Part shown: one piece after another, positions 53,935 through 63,998 of the stretch
How the letters are laid out: every line of letters starts with the position of its first letter
Position numbering within the stretch: position 1 is the first letter of the stretch
DNA from: a virus
Lineage: Duplodnaviria > Caudoviricetes
Reading direction: 5' to 3' (one strand)
Length of the DNA: 64,000 bases
IMG/VR virus record: IMGVR_UViG_3300003962_000002
Span: 1 to 64,000 of that record
Notes under the pieces: generated by a model
Database searches by the model: none
Seen by the model: the letters and a program-made list of their open reading frames with translations, nothing else
What the model was told of the DNA's origin: nothing
Translations under genes and position numbers: made by a program

Positions 53935-56292
53935 TTAACACCTGTGAGTTTTCGCTAGATTGGTTTGATCTGGTTTGTTCGCTGTCTTTTTAGTATTTTC
54001 ATTTACTTGCGAGGCATTGAGGGCTTCGGTCATTATTGCTCTCCATTCCTCCGGCGTTATTACTTTCCCTCCAGCGGAGGTTCCAGATATAGCAGCGTTT
54101 ATTGCTGATTGCATCTTTTTCTGGGCGTTTTGATCCAACGTAGACATAACCTCTTTAAGACGCTCCATCTTACCGAATTCTGTCATTTGCATTGGCATGG
54201 AAAATCTGTCTATTTTTGGCGCTGTGGCTTGGATTTGCATTTTATTCAAAGCTTCCGCAAAAGCCGCTTCTTTATTTTTAGGTGATACTTCAAGTTTATA
54301 CTGTTCAGAATAGTCCGCTGCGTGTCCAGGCCCAAACTGTTTTAATGCTGCTATTCTCTGAGACTCTGAAACTAATTGCTCGGTCTTACTTATAGCCTCA
54401 TCCGTAGAAATAGGCTTGCCTAGTTTACGATAAGTATTAATTATGGCAGTATACTCTCTAGTCTTCATTAAATCATTAATGCGTTGTTGTTCAGCTTGAG
54501 AACCGGATAAGCTAAACATGTTGGCGGTGGCGTTTATAATCTTATCTAACAATCCTGCTACTGGGCCGCCGAAAGTAGCATCTAATTCATTTAGAGTCTG
54601 CCCTAATAAAATACCCGCACCAGCGGCAGCACCTACTGCCGAGACAAATAATCCTAAATTAGCCATCTTTCCCAAAGAACTTGGAACCGCTGTGGTAGGT
54701 ATTTCAGGAGTTGTGGTTTTCGAAGAACCAAAAAATCTTTCTATGCCTTTAGCGAACACTACGTACAATGGGTCTCTAGCAGAACCTTCTGGTCCTTTTC
54801 CCGCTCTACCTCCACCAAAGAAACTTCCTATTATCGGGAGTTTTCCTAAAATTCCCTTACCAATAGATAAAAGTTTGAACGCTGCATATAATCCAGTAGC
54901 AGCGGCTGTAATAGAAACTAAAGTATCTCTTATGGGGTTTCCTGCTTCGATCCAAGATCGTGACCAGCCTTTAGGATCACTGTCGCTGAAAAACTTAGAA
55001 AACAACTTTCCAACAGGAGACAATAAATCTCCTAAGTCTTTAACCCACTTTATTAACGTACCGCCAGCATCATTTACAAAAGAGATAATGGTAGCTGCTA
55101 CTCTAGCTATATTAGTAGTTAATTCTAATAATCCTTGTTTCCTCAAGAACTCGTGTAAACCGGAGTCCATTTTTCCAATGCCTTTTTTGAAATTATCAGC
55201 ATCTTGAAGGAACGAAGAAATGAGTTGAAAAACTCCAACCCCAATACCACCTATAGCTTTTAAACCTTTGGTAAAAGGTTCTATTGATTTTTCTACGTTT
55301 CCGAAGGCTGCGGCGAGGCCGAGCAAGCTGAATGCTAGGAAGGGGATACCGCCCATTCCTAAGGCTCCCAAAGCCTTGAACAGCAGTCTTCCGGTTCCTA
55401 CAGTAGCTATGAGTCCTGCGAAAGCACTAGTAACTATTACTATGTTTTTCACAGTCTGTACCATAGTTTTGTCGGAAGTTTTTATTCTTTCCATGAAACT
55501 GGTAATTGCGTCTGACACTTGAGTGAACTTTTCGAAAATGGGGGTTAGAGCCTTCCCGAGGAAAAGACTGCTCTCACCTTTTAAAAAAGCAAAAGATTGA
55601 GACAACTCTTGTATGGTGTCTGACAAATCTTTTGTCTCATTTCCCATTCCACCAGTAGCAGCTTCTAAAGCTGCCATACCGATTCGTAATTTAGCTTGCG
55701 TAGACAATACGTTTCCGTATATGCCTCCAGCTTTCTGAAGCACTGCCATTTGAGCTTGTAGTTGTACGTTAGTTGGTGTCAAAACATTTAAGAAAGATAA
55801 AGAGGATACTGAACCCTCTTTCATAAAGTCTACGACTTTTTTTATACCTTCTGCTGAACTGAGTCCTGCTCGTTTTGCTGCTGTTCCTGCTCTAGCTACT
55901 ATTTGAGCAATCTGTTTGACGTCGCCGCTAATTCCTGTAGCTTGTAAGGCTACTCCAGCCCTCATAGCTTCCATGCGATCAATAGTGTTATTTGTCAAAC
56001 TGTTGATTTGGGAGAACAAATCTCCTCTAGGTCCTAATACTTTTTCAAATTGAGTAGACAATCGATCTAACTCTCCAGCCTTAACTAAAGAGTCTCCTAA
56101 CATAGAAAATTGTCTAGTAAAAAACCCAACAAAAGCAGTAGTAGAAAACATAATACGGTTAAATTCAGTTAAGTCTACTTTAGTTTGCTTAATTGATTTA
56201 TTCGTATTATCGAATCCGTCTTTTATTTTTTTCAAAGAGGCAGAAGCTGCGTCTTTTACTTTTGCTATAACTGTTAGGGTCTTATTTGCCAT
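53935..56292 (-). CDS. tape measure protein
   Basis: 785 aa, A/G/S-rich amphipathic helices; canonical position after the chaperone genes. Confidence 0.9.
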   Translation of the reverse strand: MANKTLTVIAKVKDAASASLKKIKDGFDNTNKSIKQTKVDLTEFNRIMFSTTAFVGFFTRQFSMLGDSLVKAGELDRLSTQFEKVLGPRGDLFSQINSLTNNTIDRMEAMRAGVALQATGISGDVKQIAQIVARAGTAAKRAGLSSAEGIKKVVDFMKEGSVSSLSFLNVLTPTNVQLQAQMAVLQKAGGIYGNVLSTQAKLRIGMAALEAATGGMGNETKDLSDTIQELSQSFAFLKGESSLFLGKALTPIFEKFTQVSDAITSFMERIKTSDKTMVQTVKNIVIVTSAFAGLIATVGTGRLLFKALGALGMGGIPFLAFSLLGLAAAFGNVEKSIEPFTKGLKAIGGIGVGVFQLISSFLQDADNFKKGIGKMDSGLHEFLRKQGLLELTTNIARVAATIISFVNDAGGTLIKWVKDLGDLLSPVGKLFSKFFSDSDPKGWSRSWIEAGNPIRDTLVSITAAATGLYAAFKLLSIGKGILGKLPIIGSFFGGGRAGKGPEGSARDPLYVVFAKGIERFFGSSKTTTPEIPTTAVPSSLGKMANLGLFVSAVGAAAGAGILLGQTLNELDATFGGPVAGLLDKIINATANMFSLSGSQAEQQRINDLMKTREYTAIINTYRKLGKPISTDEAISKTEQLVSESQRIAALKQFGPGHAADYSEQYKLEVSPKNKEAAFAEALNKMQIQATAPKIDRFSMPMQMTEFGKMERLKEVMSTLDQNAQKKMQSAINAAISGTSAGGKVITPEEWRAIMTEALNASQVNENTKKTANKPDQTNLAKTHRC

Positions 56293-56471
56293 TAGTTCTT
56301 ATCCGCTGAAGCGTCCAATACTACTTGGACTAGTTCTTTTCTGTATGACCATTTTAAACCGTCTATATCACCGGGAGACCACCTGAAATACTTACCCAAT
56401 ATAACATAATCTGATAGCAGATCGTTTTTATGGTCTATATATTCAAGCTCAAAGATCCCCCGGTATGGGAG
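56292..56471 (-). CDS. -1 frameshift extension of the tail assembly chaperone (GT/GpE'-like)
   Basis: The -1 frame reads LPYRGIFELEYIDHKNDLLSDYVILGKYFRWSPGDIDGLKWSYRKELVQVVLDASADKN; its stop overlaps the tape measure ATG. Confidence 0.8.
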   Translation of the reverse strand, partial: LPYRGIFELEYIDHKNDLLSDYVILGKYFRWSPGDIDGLKWSYRKELVQVVLDASADKN

Positions 56472-57202
56472 AAAAAATCGGGACGATAAGGATTTAGTTT
56501 AACTCTGAAGTCCTTCCCACAATCAGGATTACTACAAGTAATTTCTACAGTAGTATCTATTGTACCTTCTAATTTCAAGTCTTCCATTTGATCATTAAGA
56601 TACATCAAATCCAATACAGGAATATCTTCCATATCTTTAGAAGTGGGGTCTTTTTGATCAATACTCTTAATTGCAATCTTTACTGATTCTGTAATAAGTT
56701 TGTCTTGTTTATCAGTGCTGATTTTTAACATCTCGTAAATATCACGAAGATATGGAGGTTTTAACTCTACTACTTTACCAGACTTTGGTAATGTTATTTG
56801 TTTCTTTGTGAACAATTCCTCTTGAGTCATCACGTCTAGTTCTAGTTTGTCTAGATCTAGCCGGAGGTTCTTGTGGTGGTGTGAGCAGTGGGAGCAGATT
56901 GCTTCGTGGAAGAATTTAGGACCAAAGGTGTTCTCTCTCAGTCTGATTAGGATGGTCTCTAAGTCTCCGTTGGGTAGTCGCCAAATACCATCCTTTGCTA
57001 CGTCGCCTTTCCACGCCAAACCTTGTTCCGTTTCAAACGACAAGACCACATCCCCTAAAATCTTGGAGATGTGGCCTATATTATTCAATACAAGTTTTTG
57101 GTCAGCAAGGTAATTTTGTTGTTTACCTCGCAATTCATCGATATTACAATAATTAAATAAATCTAAACCATCAATAAACCCATTGGGTAGTTGAATACGC
57201 AT
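56435..57202 (-). CDS. tail assembly chaperone (T4 gp26/gp51-like, two CxxC-type motifs)
   Basis: LPNG...; ICSHCSH and TCSNPDCG; LPKSGKVVEL; lies between tubes and tape measure. Confidence 0.8.
   Translation of the reverse strand: MRIQLPNGFIDGLDLFNYCNIDELRGKQQNYLADQKLVLNNIGHISKILGDVVLSFETEQGLAWKGDVAKDGIWRLPNGDLETILIRLRENTFGPKFFHEAICSHCSHHHKNLRLDLDKLELDVMTQEELFTKKQITLPKSGKVVELKPPYLRDIYEMLKISTDKQDKLITESVKIAIKSIDQKDPTSKDMEDIPVLDLMYLNDQMEDLKLEGTIDTTVEITCSNPDCGKDFRVKLNPYRPDFFSHTGGSLSLNI
56471..56477 (-). other. slippery heptamer T TTT TTC for programmed -1 frameshift
   Basis: In-frame GAT TTT TTC (DFF) near the end of the chaperone ORF; fits X XXY YYZ. Confidence 0.8.
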
Positions 57203-57230
57203 AACTTCTCCTCGTAAAGTTATTTGTTAT

Positions 57231-57854
57231 TTAAAATAAACTAGATAAATTACCTGCTATTAAATTTCCTGCTAAACCTGCTGCACCAGTATACTTCACA
57301 TCAAATCCCTCATACCCCAAAACTAGAGTTTCAATGCTTACTTCGTCATCAGCTTTTGCATCAAAGTCGGAAGCTGGTTGATAACCCAGTACTATGCAGT
57401 TATATAACACATATATTACTTCTACTTGGCCTGCCCTATTTGTGTGTTCTATCTTAACTTGTTTTCTATAGTTAAACGGATAGCTGGCACTACTTGGGAC
57501 CGACGCTGCGCCGTTGTTTTGAAAGCTTTCTAATTGTTGACCAACAAAACTACTTCCATAAACAGAGTCAGAACTTTTTAGTGCGGCGTTGTTTTGAACA
57601 AGATCTATACACGAAGTAGCCCACTTGCTAAAACTTGTATCGTTGGTTACGCCTCTTGTAAACGTTACTGGAGCATAAGAGATTCTATCAACTATTAGTT
57701 TTGGATTTAAGTGTGCGCCGCCTTCAGCATACTCTCTAGGGGTTATTACTGACCTAGGAACTCCACACTGAGTAAAGCCTAGTCTAGAAAAACCAGGAAT
57801 ATCAACTGTCCACCTAAACCTATCAAATACGTCCGCTACTCCACTTCTAGCCAT
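57231..57854 (-). CDS. tail tube-like protein (gp19 paralog 3)
   Basis: DRFRWTV, YAEGG, VTFTRGVT, YNC, IETLVLGYEGF. Confidence 0.88.
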   Translation of the reverse strand: MARSGVADVFDRFRWTVDIPGFSRLGFTQCGVPRSVITPREYAEGGAHLNPKLIVDRISYAPVTFTRGVTNDTSFSKWATSCIDLVQNNAALKSSDSVYGSSFVGQQLESFQNNGAASVPSSASYPFNYRKQVKIEHTNRAGQVEVIYVLYNCIVLGYQPASDFDAKADDEVSIETLVLGYEGFDVKYTGAAGLAGNLIAGNLSSLF

Positions 57855-58537
57855 TAGAAAAGTCCTTTCAAAAAGCCAAGAGTGGATGCCGCTGCGCCTA
57901 CAATTCCTGCTCTAGAAGCGGCTTGCTCTGCTGCAATAGTTATGTTGTGCAAAGCTTCTTGTACTGTTTTTCCTTCAGTTTCTATAGAATTTTCAAAAGT
58001 CAAAGACATTTCTTCTATAGCTATTTCTGAAGAAGAGGCATTAAAATCATTAACACCTTTATACTCACTTGGCCACGCATTATACAGTAACCAATGTTTT
58101 ACGTATTGTCCATTGCGATCAACAGAAGATATTAATACTTCTCTTCTAAAGTTTGGCTCTTGGAACGGTATTGCTGATAAGAAAGATAAAGACTCCTGAA
58201 ACTTATTCAAAGTGGAGACTTCGTTATTAACCATTTCCCACCACGCATACAAACCGTTGTCATTGGTCATACCTCGTTTCAACACTACAGGCTCATAACG
58301 AGTTAGTCCTGGTTGTTTTGTGAGGGTTGAGCCGAAAGTATTTTCTCTATACTCTATTTCTTTAACTTTTCCACGAGGCGTAATTACTTCGCTAAATCCT
58401 GCTCGTTTTAGAATGGTGTTGTCCTTCTTAGTTCCTAGACTGGATGTACCAGAAGTAATAGTCCCAGATACATTGTCAAAAACAAGTACCTGGAACCTAA
58501 ATTTTTCTATAGGATCATTAGAAGAACTTCTTGCCAT
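57854..58537 (-). CDS. tail tube-like protein (gp19 paralog 2)
   Basis: DPIEKFRFQV, EYRE, PGLTRYEPVVLKRGM, YNAWPSEY, IEEMSLTFE. Confidence 0.9.
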   Translation of the reverse strand: MARSSSNDPIEKFRFQVLVFDNVSGTITSGTSSLGTKKDNTILKRAGFSEVITPRGKVKEIEYRENTFGSTLTKQPGLTRYEPVVLKRGMTNDNGLYAWWEMVNNEVSTLNKFQESLSFLSAIPFQEPNFRREVLISSVDRNGQYVKHWLLYNAWPSEYKGVNDFNASSSEIAIEEMSLTFENSIETEGKTVQEALHNITIAAEQAASRAGIVGAAASTLGFLKGLF

Positions 58538-58547
58538 TTAAAACTCA

Positions 58548-59129
58548 TTAAGCTGGATATTCGGCGGATACTGCTGCTGAGGTGCTTTGTAGTGTCAGTT
58601 CTTGGAAATCTTCGTAAGCTAGCGTTAAAGATTCCAAAGCTTTGTCTCCGTCTTCTCCTGCGTTTAGGTCGCTAGCAGGAACAAAGTTAACTGGCCACGC
58701 ATTATATAGTTTATAAATACGTGCCACTGCTCCAGAACGGTCAAGAATCTTAATGGTCAAATCTTTACGATATTCATAAGCAGCTTGGTTTGGATCTCGT
58801 GTTGTGCCTGCGCCTCGAATTCCAGGAGCGCCGGGTTGGGGATTATGAACCGCACTCATCCACTTATAAAAAGCGTTTGAAGCTGCATCATGCTTAACCA
58901 AACCACGAGTGAGAGTAATATCTTCCATAGAAGAAAGTCCAGCAGACAACATATTAATGTCTGGATCATGACCTTCTCGATATGAAATTTTATTGGTCGA
59001 ACGTTTAGGCATACCTACTTCAAAAAAACCGGCACGACCAATGCCAGTCGCTTCTGAATCGCCATCACTTGACCATTCCACGAGAAATCGAAACTTTTCT
59101 AGTGGATCAGTAGTAGAACTTCTTGCCAT
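58548..59129 (-). CDS. major tail tube protein (gp19-like)
   Basis: DPLEKFRFLVE, YREG, ITLTRGL, YNAWPVNF, ESLTLAYE; directly after the sheath gene. Confidence 0.92.
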   Translation of the reverse strand: MARSSTTDPLEKFRFLVEWSSDGDSEATGIGRAGFFEVGMPKRSTNKISYREGHDPDINMLSAGLSSMEDITLTRGLVKHDAASNAFYKWMSAVHNPQPGAPGIRGAGTTRDPNQAAYEYRKDLTIKILDRSGAVARIYKLYNAWPVNFVPASDLNAGEDGDKALESLTLAYEDFQELTLQSTSAAVSAEYPA

Positions 59130-59146
59130 TTTCTAACTCCTATTAA

Positions 59147-59164
59147 GGCCCAACTTAATGGGCC
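59147..59164. other. intergenic hairpin between sheath and tube genes
   Basis: ggccca-acttaa-tgggcc; no U-tract. Confidence 0.5.
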
Positions 59165-59179
59165 AGTTTGTAATTTTAA

Positions 59180-60964
59180 TTAAGCTGCTGGAAGCGGAAA
59201 CTCAAGAGCGATTTCAATAAATCTCACAGCTTTGTTTGGACGTACTTGAATTCTTACTTTTAACAATCCTTGGTCCAATTCATTTTGAGTAGGCTCTACG
59301 GAGATTACTTTAAATTTACTAGATTCTGGAAGTCCGGCAGGGAAAAGGTGAATATTGTTTCTACAGAAAGCTTCAATAGCACCTTGTACTTGTCCTTGAG
59401 TGGCAGGGCTAAAGTTTTCCCAAAGGAAAGCTCTCAAACCTGGCTCAAGAGAAGCTTTGATATATTGAAGGGTTCTCATTACTTGGATCAGTTGTTCGTC
59501 CGCAGTGAATACTGCTGATACGCCTGAGTCTGCTGAGTAGCCGCCGAATACAACCGGACCAGAACCGAAAGAGGTGATTCGGTTGATGAAGTTGAGGCGA
59601 AGAGGTTCTGCGTCTTTGCGCTCAGATAGCGCCAACTGCAACCCGGATACACCAGCCAAGCCCGCATACTGAATACCTGCTGGAGCGTGCGAAGGACCTC
59701 CAATAGAGATATTAGCGTCGATACGAGCGATCATACCAGCTACGTGTCCGACAGGATCAACAATAACTAAGTCGCCAGGAAGAGCAGTAGAACTCTCATC
59801 AACAACCACTACAGCATTAAAGTACCAAGCAGCTACACGAGATACTGAGTTAGAAATAACTTCATTTTTGTAAGTTACTGCCGAAGGACGACAAATAAGT
59901 ACGTCATCTCCGGGAGACAAGAACGTAGAAGGATCAGGAGTAACTGTTACTGAGTCCGCAGAATCATCAACAGCACTAATAACGCCTACATAAGTCTCGG
60001 CTTGATTTTTAACGATCATGCCCGGAGTAACGCTCGACAAAGTCAAGTTACCATCCGAACCGCCGGAAAGAGTTGCTCCAGAAACAGTCAAGTTTACCGC
60101 ATCTTGAGTAAGAGTTGCAATTGAGTTTCCGGCAGCGCCAGCAGCGGCAGCAGTCACAGTCACCACAGCGCCGACGGCAGCCGCATTGACGGCAGCTAAG
60201 GCAGCGATTGCGGCGGCCAAAGAGGTGGCCGTAGCGTCGTTACTAGTAATAGCACTCCACTCAACACCTTCAGTCAAAACAGTACCATTTACGGTAACGG
60301 TCTTACCAGCAAGTTGAGTATAATCCACGACAGTATAGGTTCCTGTAGCGGCTACAGAAGTGTTTTCGCTATAAATATCTAGTACCCAAGGACCGGCTCC
60401 AGTGATTGCTTGGAGTTGGCCGGTAAGTAAAGTAGTATCTACATCAGCACGATTGATTTCTTTAGGAATAGCGACCAAAGAAAATACGGTGGATAAGGTA
60501 GAGCCAAATTCTGCACGAATAGTCTCAGCATAATCAATAACTGCGGATTGAACCAAATAAGCCATAGACAAAGGAAGTCCGGGACACATTACGAGGCCGA
60601 TATCATCAATACCGTCTAATGCACGAAGACCAGTACCAGCCGCAGCATTTCCAATAAAGGAGGCAGCAGTAGGAGAAGTGCCTACGTTAACGATGATAGC
60701 TCGTGCGCCAGAACCAGCATTGTCATAATAACCTTTTACAGCATAATAAGCCTCATACTCTACTTCGTCTGGTCCGCCAAAAGCGTCAACAAACTCTTCA
60801 AGAGAAGTTACTTCGGTAGGCGTGTTTACTGGTGCGCCGCCCAAAGAAGTAGAAATCAGAATCGCAGCTACAGAAATACCAGCCCCTGGAATGGAAACAT
60901 TACCTAGAGGTTGATCAAATACCTGTACTCGTTCTGGCCCTACGTTAGTGTTCAAAAGTGCCAT
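59180..60964 (-). CDS. tail sheath protein
   Basis: GYYDNAGSG, GHVAGMIARID, HAPAG, FLWENFSP, KVRIQVRPNKAVRFIEI. Confidence 0.93.
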   Translation of the reverse strand: MALLNTNVGPERVQVFDQPLGNVSIPGAGISVAAILISTSLGGAPVNTPTEVTSLEEFVDAFGGPDEVEYEAYYAVKGYYDNAGSGARAIIVNVGTSPTAASFIGNAAAGTGLRALDGIDDIGLVMCPGLPLSMAYLVQSAVIDYAETIRAEFGSTLSTVFSLVAIPKEINRADVDTTLLTGQLQAITGAGPWVLDIYSENTSVAATGTYTVVDYTQLAGKTVTVNGTVLTEGVEWSAITSNDATATSLAAAIAALAAVNAAAVGAVVTVTAAAAGAAGNSIATLTQDAVNLTVSGATLSGGSDGNLTLSSVTPGMIVKNQAETYVGVISAVDDSADSVTVTPDPSTFLSPGDDVLICRPSAVTYKNEVISNSVSRVAAWYFNAVVVVDESSTALPGDLVIVDPVGHVAGMIARIDANISIGGPSHAPAGIQYAGLAGVSGLQLALSERKDAEPLRLNFINRITSFGSGPVVFGGYSADSGVSAVFTADEQLIQVMRTLQYIKASLEPGLRAFLWENFSPATQGQVQGAIEAFCRNNIHLFPAGLPESSKFKVISVEPTQNELDQGLLKVRIQVRPNKAVRFIEIALEFPLPAA

Positions 60965-60976
60965 CTAATTAATCTC

Positions 60977-62431
60977 CTAGTCTAAAATTTCAGGATCATC
61001 TATGTTTACGCCGATAAGTTTGATGTTTTGTACAACGCCATCATAATTGATAGCTTCGCCTTGACGATCAATCCAAACTTGTATCCAAAAAGTGAATTCG
61101 TGACTCCAGTATTGAGCGCCCTCAATGTCTTTAGTAACGTGATCTACGAAATGGAACATGAATGTTCTGTATTCAGCGTTTGTGACTACTTTAGTATTAT
61201 TTGTTGTAACAAACGTATCAGGAACTATATCAGCTAATACTATCTGATTAGTGCCTATTTTATCTATGACTGTGGATTCAAATATGGCCATGAATCCATT
61301 GCCGTTTCTAGCTTTTGTAGGAACTAGATCGTCGAACACAAACACTTTATCATTGATGTTTATATCCGCATTACTAGTGATTTGAAGTATGTTGCTTCCG
61401 CCCGTTGCTACGTTTGCGGTTAGTTTTTGATCTACACTCAATCTACTTCTAACTACCGTAGGTAGTGCTGTTCTTGGTGGGTTGAACTCTTCCCACATTC
61501 TAGTTGCTACGTCTACGTGAGTATTTCGTTCTTTTGAATCTATTCTAACTAAGTAATAAACGTCTATGGGCACTTGTGGGTCGGTTAGGGCCATGGACTC
61601 GTATATTTCGCAATCCGCTCCTAAACCTACTCCACCTGTAATTGGTTTTGTTTGATCCATAGTAGTGAAAGTAACAAGACTTGGATCGGAGGTTTGGAAT
61701 ACGTTTCCCACACGAGTTATGGTTCCGTTTGCAGCGGTACTAGGGCTTCCGACTCCACCAATAACCACACTCTTAGTATTTACGTTCACTGAGGATATGG
61801 TCCACGGAACAGAAGAACTGTCTACAAACTGATCCCCAACCTTCACAGTATTTAAATCTAGTGCAGTCAAAAACGTCACTGTTCTGGAGGTTGTGTTAAA
61901 AGAGATAGCAGGAGTATTACTAACTAAATCCTGCGACACTTCTATTTCGTGAGGACTTGAGGAGTTTACAGTAACCGAAGCTACTTTATAAGTTCCTATA
62001 TTATTTCCAGTACGAACTCTAAGAAGATTGCCTACTTGTACTTTTCTTATTTTGTAGGTACTGGTAGTAATTATGTTTCCGGGAGAAGTAATAGCTCCGT
62101 CAGAAGCGAATAGAGTGGTTTCAAAAGCTTGTGGGGCGGTGGCTACTGGAGTTAATTGAGTCTTTCCGTATTGAGGTATTACTCGTCCTGTAGTCCTATC
62201 TTCTTTCATTTTAAGAAGTTTTACAAAGAAATGCGGATATTGTATAAAGCTTGCGTCCGCACTTGAATCGTAAAAATCAGCTTCTACAGGCAACTGAACC
62301 ACTTCACCAGTAATAGGATCAAAAGTATCTCGTAAAACTGTGTGACTAGGAGTACGATCTTCATGAAAGGTAATACGCCTTACCTCTCTAGAAATAGCTT
62401 CTTCAACATCTCGTAATATGCGTACAGTCAT
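60977..62431 (-). CDS. putative tail terminator / sheath stabiliser with insertion
   Basis: Directly upstream of the sheath; YPHFFVKL...IDVYYLVRIDSK...FTFWIQVWI. Confidence 0.55.
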   Translation of the reverse strand: MTVRILRDVEEAISREVRRITFHEDRTPSHTVLRDTFDPITGEVVQLPVEADFYDSSADASFIQYPHFFVKLLKMKEDRTTGRVIPQYGKTQLTPVATAPQAFETTLFASDGAITSPGNIITTSTYKIRKVQVGNLLRVRTGNNIGTYKVASVTVNSSSPHEIEVSQDLVSNTPAISFNTTSRTVTFLTALDLNTVKVGDQFVDSSSVPWTISSVNVNTKSVVIGGVGSPSTAANGTITRVGNVFQTSDPSLVTFTTMDQTKPITGGVGLGADCEIYESMALTDPQVPIDVYYLVRIDSKERNTHVDVATRMWEEFNPPRTALPTVVRSRLSVDQKLTANVATGGSNILQITSNADININDKVFVFDDLVPTKARNGNGFMAIFESTVIDKIGTNQIVLADIVPDTFVTTNNTKVVTNAEYRTFMFHFVDHVTKDIEGAQYWSHEFTFWIQVWIDRQGEAINYDGVVQNIKLIGVNIDDPEILD

Positions 62432-62432
62432 T

Positions 62433-63563
62433 TTACTCTCTAAAAGTAGTTTTTAAATTACTTGTATAATGTTGAATTAGTCGTTCAGTTCTAGCTACTA
62501 ACTCTTTAAACCAATCATTTTCGTTTTCAGTAACCCATTTTCTTATGGACATTTCTAGTATTCTAGAGAAATCAGCATTGTTATTGTCTTCATAATCAGA
62601 TACTAAAGAATAATAAGTGGTTCCGTCGTTTATTCGTTTTACTACTTGTAAGTTATTTATTAGCTCTATTATGTTTTTATGATCATCCATGGAAGTTGGA
62701 GACTTAGTGGAATTCTCTCTAAGCTTCTGCACTTGATCTGTCATGTCTTGTAGCTTCTCGGGATTAATTACTTTTTTGCTTTGAGCTTGTTTCTGTAACA
62801 ATTTCTTAGCTCGATCATAATCCCCATCTTTAACAAGATTAACCACATCAGTAAGATTTATGTATTTACTTCTTATATCTTGAACAGCATCTTGTTTAAA
62901 AGTCCACTGAGCAAAACCTCTTCTGTGCGTATCTCTTTGAAACCTTCTTGAAGGAGACATACCAGTTTCGCCATCAGTATCATGAGTTCCAGTAAATACA
63001 GAACACTTTATTTTGAGGTGAGGAGTTAGATCTATCCCAGGATTCATGTAATAAGATATTCTTCCGGCATTGTCAGGTAGCGCAAATATCGCATTTTCAA
63101 AGAATACTTTAGCTTTTCTATACTGCTGTTCTACGGTCTCATCGGGTTGAATCTCTAATCTAAGTTCGATTCTATTAGCATTTTTTTGACCCGTACTATG
63201 ATGGCCAAACACTATCCCAGTTTCATTAATAGTAGTATAATCTTTACTTTTGTTGTATTTTGATAAATCTACTTTGCCGTCGGTTAAGAACTTTAGTACA
63301 TCGTTGTCTGACTTGGGCGGATTTATATAAGGTTGGCCTAGTTCGTTCTCTTCTCCGACTTTGTTCTGTATTTTTTGTTCTTCGGGAATGATTCTTATTT
63401 GTTCGTTTACTACGAATTTTAGGTCGGTTTTTAGCTGTTCAATAGAGGCGTCTAAAATATTGTCTAAGCCGTTTTCTACAATATTATCTTTAAAATCTTT
63501 TGTAAAATTTAAGATATCTTTATAGTCTTCGAAGTTGGAAATTAATTCTGCATATTTAGGCAT
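62433..63563 (-). CDS. hypothetical protein (neck region)
   Basis: 376-aa ORF in the morphogenesis operon; no motif recognised. Confidence 0.7.
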   Translation of the reverse strand: MPKYAELISNFEDYKDILNFTKDFKDNIVENGLDNILDASIEQLKTDLKFVVNEQIRIIPEEQKIQNKVGEENELGQPYINPPKSDNDVLKFLTDGKVDLSKYNKSKDYTTINETGIVFGHHSTGQKNANRIELRLEIQPDETVEQQYRKAKVFFENAIFALPDNAGRISYYMNPGIDLTPHLKIKCSVFTGTHDTDGETGMSPSRRFQRDTHRRGFAQWTFKQDAVQDIRSKYINLTDVVNLVKDGDYDRAKKLLQKQAQSKKVINPEKLQDMTDQVQKLRENSTKSPTSMDDHKNIIELINNLQVVKRINDGTTYYSLVSDYEDNNNADFSRILEMSIRKWVTENENDWFKELVARTERLIQHYTSNLKTTFRE

Positions 63564-63733
63564 AAACTATCTTCCGTAAGTTTTGTGCCATTTTTTATGA
63601 CATATTTTACAGAGAGTAAGGCCGTAGATACTTCTAAAAACTTAGCTACTTCTTCAGCAGGATATTTATTGTAATTCTGTTGTAAGTAAGTTATTTTTTC
63701 TTCTGTCCACTTAGTTCTTGTCATATCAGCCAC
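63542..63733 (-). CDS. small HTH-like protein
   Basis: KWTEEKITYLQQNY...EEVAKFLEVS pattern. Confidence 0.5.
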   Translation of the reverse strand: MADMTRTKWTEEKITYLQQNYNKYPAEEVAKFLEVSTALLSVKYVIKNGTKLTEDSLCLNMQN

Positions 63734-63998
63734 GACCCAATCCTATAGCTTGCGGATTCGAGCGCCTTTTTTCCTGGTTTAAAATTCTTGTCCACTCACC
63801 ACGATAATAATCTAAATTTTGATCAGAAATAGAACTGCCGTCCTGTCCTCTAGCAGCCAACATAATAGACCAAATAGTATAATATGTGCAAAATAGTCTA
63901 AAGTTCTCAGTATTAGTTCTAGTTCTATGTAAACTTAACTCTTCTCTCAATCTAACAGTAGCATTTCTTAAATGACCTTCAATGATATTATTTCTTGC
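63726..63998 (-). CDS. putative head-tail connector, 5'-truncated by window edge
   Basis: Frame stays open to the window end (ARNNIIEGHLRNATVRL...). Confidence 0.5.
   Translation of the reverse strand, partial: ARNNIIEGHLRNATVRLREELSLHRTRTNTENFRLFCTYYTIWSIMLAARGQDGSSISDQNLDYYRGEWTRILNQEKRRSNPQAIGLGRG

Noticed and set aside
60120-60240. GC-rich patch in the sheath gene as foreign DNA
   Set aside because: Explained by a run of Ala/Val codons in the insertion module.
72-63950. Short antisense and alternate-frame ORFs in the track (e.g. 72-257, 1388-1612, 14769-15011, 33670-34044, 54518-55207)
   Set aside because: They lie within longer genes with recognisable motifs and lack RBS or operon coupling; treated as shadows.
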